DNA of 64,000 nucleotides from Azolla caroliniana. Its lineage: Eukaryota > Plantae > Polypodiophyta. Every line of letters starts with the position of its first letter. Within the stretch, counting starts at the first letter, position 1. This document shows positions 14,024-23,500 of the stretch, in pieces. The stretch spans positions 16,678,001-16,742,000 of the forward strand of contig JBHGNT010000014.1 of assembly GCA_043228905.1 (NCBI GenBank). The letters run 5' to 3'. A program made the translations under genes and the position numbers. The notes below the pieces were generated by a model that was given only the letters and a program-made list of their open reading frames with translations, had not been told where the DNA came from and searched no databases.

Positions 14024-14520
14024 TGTCACATTCTAGACTCGAACCTTTGGCTTTTAACACACACAATACATTGTGTTTTCTTAGGCATATGGAAACTCTT
14101 GTGACCTATCCATATTCGATTGTGAACTTGTATATGTTGTAGAGTGTTGTGTATACTACATTCGAGAATATTCTAGTTGTTAGTATATTCTAGAATTATT
14201 CTGTGATATATTCTAAACGGGTATATTCTCAAGATATTTCTCGAGTATATTCTAGCGATATTCAATCTCGAAAATTGTATAAATACTTGTGACATCCTTG
14301 GTCCCTTCCAAGGGATTCAACACCAGTCATTGATACATCAATCTAGTATTCTCGCTTCGCCTTATCTTTGTCTCCTTGACATCTATTTCTGTGTTCATGC
14401 CCACGTCGCTCACAACATCTAGAGTTCCTAGCCTTGTCACATCTAGCTCCAAGTTCATCCGTCGCTCATACTCCCATCATTTGTGCTCCGTCCTTGTCCG
14501 CGTTTGGTGTGTCCGTGACA
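14024..14520 (+). repeat. 3' LTR (497 bp) of a further, unclassified LTR element
   Basis: PPT AAGAGGGGAGA just upstream; TGTCAC...GTGACA inverted termini; TATAAAT box. Confidence 0.8.
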
Positions 14521-15630
14521 AAAAGGGAGTGAGGGGTCAATTTTGAGGGGACCGCCATTTTGTCATTTTGGGGTAGACCGTTAGGGTTTTTTTTAGTATT
14601 TCTCAACCCTATTTTGTTTTAGGGTTTCAGTTCTAGGATTTCGGTTTTTAGGGTTTCGTCTAGTGGTGCTTATGTTCGGCCTACACGGCCAGGGTTGTAA
14701 TTGGTGTAGTGCTTTCCATAATGTAATTGTTTGATGTATCTTGTCTTGTTTAGATCTTAATCTCTCGAGTCTTAATCTTTCTCGTCCTTCTTGGTTGAAA
14801 TCCCAAGCTTCTCTCCCTTCTCTTACTCCTGAGTCCAAGACCCTCGTGCTCCCACCATTTCCGACACGCACACGCGGATTTCCGCGACATATTTGGTGAA
14901 CCCGACGTAAAAGGGCGGCAAGGGAGGACGAAGAAGGGAGCTCTAATGGAGGCATACGGGCATGAGAAACCGGAGGGGCAAGGTCGGCATGAGTTAGATC
15001 GATGGGTAGCATCCGTGAAGGCCCATCAAAGCGCAATGGAAGCATTCCAAGAGTTCGAGCATCGTTTTGCTCAACTCTCGGAGCGGGATTGGAGATCGGC
15101 GGGGGCGGGGGCGAACAAAGTCCTTTTATTTTTTAAGTCGGTCCATCGGGAGGAAAAGATGGATATTCTATTCAATCTCGAAGATGATTATGGAGCACAC
15201 AACCTCACCTAGGATTGGACCGAGGTGGAGTGGGTATGTCGGCAACATGATGAGAAGTGGTCGGCCACAGTGACTACGCACTACCGCCAGAAGAGAGCTC
15301 AACGTGTAATGGTTCGGAGGAGTTTGATCTAGAAGCCGAAGATCTTGAAGAAAAAGGTCGAAGCCGAAGAGGGGTTTATTATGGAGTCGGGTTCGAGAGG
15401 ATCGGAGGACGGGGAGGAAGACGCCTCCATACGCACGGAGGACGGGACCTATGTGGAGGCCGGAGGAGCATACAATGGTGACACGGGAGTGGGTGCAGAG
15501 CGAGCGATAATGTCGGGGACTACAGAGCAATGAGCGTCACTTCGAGAGTGGGTGGAAGTTTCGGGACACGGTTGCCTGAAAAATCGAACGAGGAGGCTTG
15601 CGTAATCGAGAACGGTGTAGCCACGGAAAC
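14521..15630 (+). mobile_element. Remnant of a pol-less tRNA-Trp-family satellite: R/U5 of 5' LTR (ends 14889), PBS, internally deleted gag-like ORF
   Basis: U5 motif, TGGTGAACCCGACGT at 14894, translated similarity to the 21217 ORF (FQEFEHRFAQLSE, KVLLFFKSVH). Confidence 0.85.
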
Positions 15631-15747
15631 AATCAAGGTCTCGCTTCTCCTGCTCAAACTCTCTCTCACTCACACCCTCTCCACAACCAAGCTCTTTCTC
15701 ACTCTCCATCTCCATCCAGCGCACTCTCTTACTCTTCTGAATCCAAC

Positions 15748-16155
15748 ATGCCGATCGACATATCACAGGAGCTCTGCACTTGGCTCACTAGGCACGGCCT
15801 AGGACATTATCTCAATGTTCTCGACACAGCTCCTCACCCCGAAGCGCAGGCCATAGCAAAGAAACTACACCCCGAAACCATTACGAACAACATGATTCGC
15901 TCGGCGCTTCGTTTACAGCAAGGGGTCGAGCACGTCATCGACACACCGCCCAAGCACATCTTGGAGCAGCATTTCAACGAGTATTCGTCTCAGCTAAAGC
16001 CCACTGCACCCATGGAGGACCCAACGAGTTTTTTGGGAACCTGGCCCACATCCTCTTGGAGTTAGCTTGTGTCCACGCCAACCCCTACAATATGTCTAAG
16101 AAAAACGCAGGACTGATCATTATGGCCTATCAAGTCGGAGCCATCGATTGGGGAT
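15748..16155 (+). pseudogene. N-terminal part of a third extra-ORF (ORF2) homolog, split by the Copia insertion; continues at 63153
   Basis: MPIDISQELCTWLTRHGLGHYLNVLDTAPHPEA resembles the N-termini at 145 and 48926; TSD GGATC joins 16155 to 63153. Confidence 0.8.
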
Positions 16156-16705
16156 CTGATAAGAATAGTGTAAAATATTGCTTGGCCACAACCGAGTCTT
16201 GAATCACAGAAATGGGAATGAAACACAGAAATGGGAATGAAACACAGAAATGGGAAGTAGAGTGAGTGCTCGTACACCAAGAGAAAGTACACAGGATGTT
16301 TACGTGGAAAACGCTAAATGGGAAAAACCACGGGAGCCCACAAACTCCAACTATCACTATGGGAGAAAGGTACAATCAGAGCCTCAGAGGCAATGACCTC
16401 GAGCTCTATATCTTCTCTCTCGCTCTCTTTGTCACTCACTCTATACAACGGTTATACACATACATCAATATGGCAACAACCATACAACAACAACTCACCT
16501 CTAAAGTGCTTGCCCTAAGTCATATTTATACTTATATGAAGTTAGGTCTATTTACAAATATAGCCTCAATAGGCTTACTCAAAACATATTTATGTAAATA
16601 TATCTTCACTTCCGGTTCTCATCGGGTCCATCCGATGATCCGATCCGGTTTCCGGATCTCTTCATTCATAACCGAATCCCATCCGGAGGGACCGATTTCC
16701 CAACA
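16156..16705 (-). repeat. 3' LTR of the Copia host element
   Basis: Matches 57337-57647 plus 62959-63152; degenerate PPT adjacent at 16706-16718. Confidence 0.92.
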
Positions 16706-16716
16706 ATCTCCCACTC

Positions 16717-17266
16717 CACTTCGGCATGGGATGTCTTGTCAGCCTGATCCGCTTTCGGCAAGCGTCCAGCTTGTCGGTCATCAACAACTTGGTCTGCATA
16801 TCTGACCTGTTCTCCTCCGTGTGGATCTTCATCAGCACGAACTCTTGATCTTCTACTCTCTCCCGGATCCAGTGTTACCTCCGCTGGATATGTTTCATCC
16901 GGGAATGGTAGGCCGTGTTCTTTGCAAGGTGGATGACACTTTGACTGTCGCAGTAGAGCCGATATTCCTCCTCTTGGATCCCTAGCTCTCCAATGAAGTC
17001 CTTCATCCAGATTATCTCCTTGCCGGCTTCCACCGCTGCCATGTACTCTGCCTTCGTGGTTGACAACGCAACCGTCTTCTGTAGCCTCGATTGCCATGAT
17101 ACAGCTCCCCCTGCATAAGTCATGACATATCCGAATGTAGACCAATTGGTATCCGCATTAGCCGACATATCCGAATCGGTGAATCTGTCAAGTTGGGCTT
17201 ACTAGAACCAAACTGGAGGCACATACTTGAGGTGCCTTTCAAGTACCCGAGTATCTACTTGACCGC
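16717..17266 (-). pseudogene. Copia RNase H fragment
   Basis: GYVMTYAGGAVSWQSRLQKTVALST and YCDSQSVIHLAKN; internal stop. Confidence 0.9.
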
Positions 17267-17921
17267 TGTCGTGAAGAAAACCGTCCCTTAGCGCAATCGG
17301 TGTATAGCACGCGCGAACCGGCTCTTCACGCGTGTGCGCCCTTTAATGTATATAATAGAGGATTGGGTACAAAGGTAGATCGTAGGTAGTTAGATTCGGT
17401 AGGTAGGAAGTTAATGAGAAAAACGGCTCCCTTCTTGAAGCTATATAAGAGAGGGAGACGCGGGGAGAAAGGGATCGCGCATTGAGGAGGACGAAGTGTT
17501 GTCGGATCGTAACCGAACGCTTCTCCTTTGTTTGTTCTCTATTGCTCTTCTGTGCAGGTTTTCGGGAGGCTCGCGCTACTTCGAGGAACGCCCGTCTGCT
17601 TCCGGCAGCACCTCCATCCTACCCCCTTTCATGCGCAGACGAATAGGCATCGACATCTGTTCGCCGGCCTGTTCGGTTGTAACCGCTCGCGTGCTCTATT
17701 GTTTTGGGTGTCATCTGTTAATATACAAACATTCTTGTCTCTCTGTTTCTCTGTCCATTCGTGTTTTCTGCGTTGACGGGCTGTGTCCCTGTGTTTCTTT
17801 GCTCATAAGTAACCGATCGTCTCTCTCTTTCTCTTTCCCCTCCTATCACCTGCTCTTCGGTTCAAGACCCCGGTGGTCCCGCCTCGTTTCTCCACGCGCG
17901 CGTGTAGTAATGCGACATATT

Positions 17922-17939
17922 TGGTGAACCCGACGTGAA
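17922..17939 (+). promoter_or_regulatory. Primer-binding site complementary to the tRNA-Trp 3' end
   Basis: TGGTGAACCCGACGTGAA is the complement of the plant tRNA-Trp(CCA) 3' end as recalled; also at 14894, 21179, 33884 and (minus) 56235-56252. Confidence 0.85.
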
Positions 17940-17961
17940 ACAAGCGGCAAAGGAGCAGAAG

Positions 17962-20501
17962 ATGAGGGGGTCGGATCTTGTAGAGGCCATGGCTTCGGTC
18001 GTGGACCGGATAGTGAGCGCGCGCGAGGGCACCGGCGCCCTTGCCAGGGCTATTGAGGCGATCGTTAGTAAGATCGGCCGGTTCAGTGGAAAGGATGCCA
18101 CGAGTTATTTGGCATCCTACCGGGCGGAGATGTTGATGAGGGATATTCCGGAAGAGAGGCATTGTCGTGAAGATTTTCGGCAATAGTGTGAGAATCCCAT
18201 AAAACGTACGAAATCGAGTATGAATCACATAGTACAATAATTGTGAAGATAACATTTTAAATAGATTTAATATCTAAGTACAAAATGATAGAGGTTTCGA
18301 ATGCACTTTATTACACGAGAAACAGACAACTAAATGTCAAGATATGAGGGTATAAAGTTTGTGAAAGGAAAAGAGAAAATTGTGAGATATCCCACATAGG
18401 CACGACAAATACAACTCTCATCATATATAAGGTGGAGCAAAAGATATTATCTTTCTGTCTATGTGTGGAGCATAGAGAGTTCAAGGTAACTTGAACTAAG
18501 AGTGGAGGTGGGCTAGCTACTCGTAAAAGGTTTTGGCCAACCAAAACCGGACCGGCGATGGAGCCGGTGATCCGGTGGCAATCCGGCGAGGCACCGGTAA
18601 CCGACGGCAATCCGGCGACGGCATCTAGCAAGGCACCGGTAACCGACGGCATCCGGCGACGGCAACCGGCGAACCGGCGTCCGACGACTAGATAAATAAA
18701 TATATAAATATATATACATATTTACATATACAAGGAGGGCAAGTAAAGATTCGAACCTTGCACCTCCAAGTTAGGAGTCAATTGGATTACCATTAAGCCA
18801 TGCTATTTAGTTGAAATTATATTTCTATCATTGTACTTTTACATGTAAATTCTCATACATGAGAGCTAAAATGAGTGACATGGTTATCATGCACCACATG
18901 TAATACTTAAGCGCCAAATGGAAAACATGCAATTTATGCATGTCTTGTACCCTCACATGCATCATATGCATGAGAGCATCTATAAAAGAGGGAAGGGGGA
19001 GGAGAAAAAACACGGTTTTTTTTATGAAAATTAAGAGGAAGAAATTCGTTATCAAATTGATCGTGTAATCTCAACTTCTCTCTTTCCCAATCTATCTTAA
19101 GTACTTTCTCGCCAAAGCTTGTATTGACTCTAAATCCTTCTGGTCCAGAACCCCGGCGGTTCCGCCTCACGATCAGCGCATAGTGACGGATCTTCACTCT
19201 AGCCAACATGAATCGTCGGGGCCCTAAAGGAAAAGAACCCTTTAGATGCGTGTGGTGCAATAGCATGAACCACATGGTGCGATAGCATGAACCATAGTGA
19301 CAGATCTTCACGACAGCGTCTTGCCGGATTCCCTCGAGTGGCGATGTTGGGCATCCATGCGGAGGTGCTGGAGGTCCGGGCAGAGAGCCGGACCTAGGAG
19401 GAGTTCGAAGGACGGCTCCTGGAGAAATACGGGCTGGATGACGCGCTTCGACTTTCGAAGCGGGGCTTCACGGAGTGGGTGGAGTCCCCCGACAAAGGAA
19501 GAAATGCGTCGGCACTCCTCCGGGAGTTTGAGGATCGCTTTGCACGCCTTTCGGCGCTCGATTGGACCGTTCTAGACACAAGTCGTGTCCTACTGTTTGT
19601 CAAATCGGTTGATGCACGGGATCGGGAGCAAGTGGGCTCCTTACTGGAAACCGAAGACAGGCTGACGGCCGACTGGGCCACGGTAAAAAGAGTTTGCGGT
19701 CGTTTTGACAAACGGTGGGAGTGGTCTGATACAGGGGCGACCGGGGCGGGTCCTGTCGCAGCAAGGAATCTCGAACCGATACCGCAGGCGCGACGGGAAG
19801 AGACCCGGGAGTGGCTCGAAACCGGTTCGGCTTCGACCGGCGTGGTCAGAGGCTCGTCCGGGAGGACAGCTTTGGAGGAGTTGACACGGGCGGTAAAGGA
19901 TCTCCAGATCGCCCAGGCTCGGAGGGAAGGCGGCGATTAGGCTCATGACCGACGGCCTCCGCCAGGAAATAGGTGCATGTGGTGCGACGAGGTCGGCCAC
20001 ATCCGGAACGACTGTGGGGACTTTACAGAGGCTTTGAGAAGCCGGGTAGTGTACCTGTGGGAAGGTCGGGTGCACGCGAGCGATACCCGGAGGGCCCTGA
20101 ACCGGAACGACGGGCGAGGAGGAATGAAAAGGCTGATGGAAGAGGCGGCGGCCCGGCACGCGGAGACCGTCCACTACTCAGCGTCAACCGGTATTCGGGT
20201 CGGACGCAACAAGGCCCGGAAGGAGAGCAAAGCCGGGTTCTTGCCGACGGTGCTGGAAGGCCTCGCCGGTGCCCGACTAAAGAAAGATGAGGCGGACCGC
20301 GTGGAGAAGTGGGTCCAGGGGGTAACCGGGTGGAGTGACCCGGTCAAAGAAAAGACGGGTTTCGTCGAAGCAGCTTCCCAGAACTACAAGGCTCTGGTTG
20401 AAGACAAACGGGTAGGTAAAACCGGAGGGGCCGGACCCTCACAAAGATACGAAACCCGATTCGGGCCGAAACGGAACGAGGCCGGTGAGTCCAGTGCCCG
20501 G
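17962..20501 (+). pseudogene. gag of the helper element (interrupted by solo LTR 18163-19315; continues at 26161)
   Basis: IGRFSGKDAT...EFEDRFARL...LLFVKSVD and a CCHC knuckle CMWCDEVGHIRNDC near 19974. Confidence 0.85.
18163..19315 (+). mobile_element. Solo LTR of a tRNA-Trp-family subfamily
   Basis: TGTCGTGAAGAT...ATCTTCACGACA termini, TSD GCAT/GCGT, U5 motif at 19143-19170, gag frame resumes at 19316. Confidence 0.8.
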
Positions 20502-23500
20502 TGTCGTGAAGATTTTCGTCCGTAGGCGGAAACCCGAGCGAAGCAAGCAAAGCCGCGATGTGCAACGTTGCACATCAACGTGTTGTATTTCTATTTATCG
20601 ATAGTGATAAGTATGGTGCTAGAAATGCACCTTAGGATTTGTAAAGTGTAAAGGTGATGTGCTTTTTCGCGCACATCCACGTGAGAGAGAGAGATAGGTA
20701 CATAGTAGTTCGTGTAGAGGTGGGAGTTAAGACCCATCCTTCCCTCCTCCCCTAAAATCAAGGGAAATATCCCCATTGATTGAAAGGGGATATTTTGTAG
20801 CACCCTTTTTGAAAACGGTCTTCTCTCCTTGTGCTATAAAAGGAGAGGAAGAGCACCATTGTGGGGGTTGCCTTATTTTGAGTGTGAGTGAGGTATACCA
20901 TTTCGTGTTAGGTTTAGGGTTTCTTTTCTTCTTCGTCGGATTAGGGTTTCGGGTTTATCATAGTCGTTTGGTGCGGCCTTCGCGGCCGCCATTTTGTAAT
21001 CGGTTTTCGGTTCTAATATATCTTGTTGAGCATTTGGCCTCCATCTTCCTCTTGTTCATTCTTTCTCTTCTTGTGCTTAGCTCCATTCCGAAGTCCTATT
21101 CCTTCTCCCCTTCTCCTTAGTCCAAGACCCCCGTGGTTCCGCCCTTCTCCACGCACTTGCGAAATATCTCGACATCTTTGGTGAACCCGACGTGAAGGGC
21201 GGCAAGGGAGAAAGAGATGGAAGAAGGCTTCGACTTCGAGGAGATGATGACGAAGATCTTGATGGACGCCGGACGGAAGAGGGCGAGGCGAGAGGCGGCT
21301 CAACAAGCGGTCGAAAGGGTGGTCCGTCTAGTCGGCCGGTTCGATGGGAAGGAGGTCCCAAAAATTTTGAGAGCCTACGATGCGGAAATGACGGGGATGG
21401 GCGTGGACGAAGCGACGAGGCTAGAGTTCTTTCGTCGAGCGGCGGCCGCATCAAAGTACGAGGAGGTCAAGGAGCTCCAAGAAGCTCACGAATCGTGGGA
21501 GTCCTTTGAAGGGGCTCTAATGGAGGCATACGGGTGCGCGGAATCGGAGGTAAGAGGTCGGCGAGAGTTCGATCGGTGCGTGGCGTCGGCAAGGCGCCAT
21601 CGGAGCGCAATGGAGGCATTCCGAGAGTTCGAGCGTCGTTTCTCTCAACTCTCGGAGTGGGAACGAAGATCGGTGGGGGCGGACAAAGTCCTCCTATTTT
21701 TGAAGACGGTCCATCATGAGGAGAGGATGGACATCATGTTCGAGCTTCAAGACGATTATGGGGCGCATGGTCTCACCGAGGAGTGGCCTGAAGTGGAATG
21801 GGTGTGTCGGCAACATGAGGCGAGGCGGTCGGCCACAACACGGCCCGCGAGCGGGGGAGAAGAGAGAGCGACGACCGACTACGCCATGCCGCCGGACGAG
21901 AGCTCATCGCGAACCGGTTTGGAGGGCCCCGACCTACAAGCGCTAATACGGGAGGCGTGCGGGCTCGTAATGGCGAAAATCGAAGCCGAAGAATGGCTTA
22001 TTGCGGGGTCGGGCCCGAGCGGATCGGAGGACGCGGAGGAAGGAGCTTCCTCACACATGGAGGACGGGGCCTATGCGGAGGCCGAAAGAGAATGGTACAT
22101 CGGTACCACGGGAGAGGGTGCGGAGCGAACCGCCCTCTCGACATGGGGGAAAAGAACGACCGAGGACGAGGTCGGGGACGGTGAGGCGGCGATCGCCGAT
22201 TCGAGCGGACATGGCGGATTCGGGACATGGTGGCCCGAATCATCAAGTACGGAGGAGACAAGCGGCGGTACCGCAACCTTCCACGCACCGGTTCAAGAGA
22301 CCCCGGCGGCCGGCCCGAGCGCCCGCGTGAGACCGAGGGAAAAGAACGGTGGCGGCGGCAAGGCGGGCAACCGAGACAATGGTAAGGAGACCGCGGAAGA
22401 GGCGGCGGCAAGCATAACCGATGCTTGCATATACGGAGGCGGGGCAACCACGGACAACGACGTCCGAGCGGAGGTGGCTACGGACATTACATCGACGAGC
22501 GGCGGTCCCGCGACCTTACACGCGTCATTCCTAGAGATCACGGCGGCCGGCCCGAGTGCCCGCGTAAGACCTATGGTGAAAGGCGGTGGCGGTGGCAAGG
22601 CGGGCGACCACGACGTCGACACGAGAGAAGGTGCGGAGCAAGCGACCGTCTCATCTCGGGGAAAAAGAACGGCCATGGACGAGGCCGATATCTACGGAGC
22701 GATGGACGCCACTTCGAGAGTGGGCGGAAGTTTCGGGACGCGGTTGCCCGAAATGTTCTACGAGGATTTCGCGAGCATACTCGAGGCTTGCGAAATGGAG
22801 GAGGAAGACGAAACGAGCGATGGTGTCGCGACCTTCCACACACCGGCCCTAGAGGCTTCGGCGGTCGGCCCGAGTGCCGGCACGAGACCTAGAGCTACGG
22901 ACGGTGGCGGCGGCAAGGCGGACAACCGAGATGAGGACGAGACCGGCGAAGAAGAGGCGGCGGCAAGCATACTCGATGCTTGCGAAACCGAAGACGGGGT
23001 AGCCACGGACGACGATGTCCGAATGAAGGTGGCTACGGACGAGAGGAGTGGTGGTGTCGCGACCTTCCACACACCGGTCCTAGAGACTCCGGCACCCGGC
23101 CCGAGAGCCGGCGAGAGGCCTAGAGTGATGGACGGTGGCGGCGGCAAGGCGGGCAACCGAAACGACGACGACATGGGAGAGGGTGCGGAGCGAGCAACCC
23201 TCTCGTCTTGCGGCGAATGGACGGCCAAGGATGAGGCCGGTGACTACAAAGCGGAGAGCGCCACTTCGAAAGTGGGCGGAAGATTCGGGGCACGGCGGCC
23301 CAAAACATCGAGCGGAGAGGAGGCGAGCGGTGGTGCCGCGACCTTCCACACACCGGCCCTAGAGGCTTCGGCGGTCGGCCCGAGTGCCGGCACGAGACCT
23401 AGAACGACGGACGGTGGCGGCGGCAAGGCGGGCAAACAAGATGACACGGAAAACGGCGAAGAAGAGGTGGTGGCAAGCATACTAGAGGCTTACGGAATCG

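Noticed and set aside
14581-14660. Interstitial telomere
   Set aside because: The TTTAGGG-like motifs are isolated copies within LTRs, not tandem arrays.
17922-17939. tRNA-Trp gene
   Set aside because: Only the 18-nt complement of the 3' end including CCA is present, next to an LTR; it is a PBS.
18163-19315. MITE or DNA transposon suggested by the perfect 12-bp terminal inverted repeat
   Set aside because: TG...CA ends match the family LTR start, it carries the U5 motif and TATA box, and it has the family 4-bp TSD, so a solo LTR fits better.
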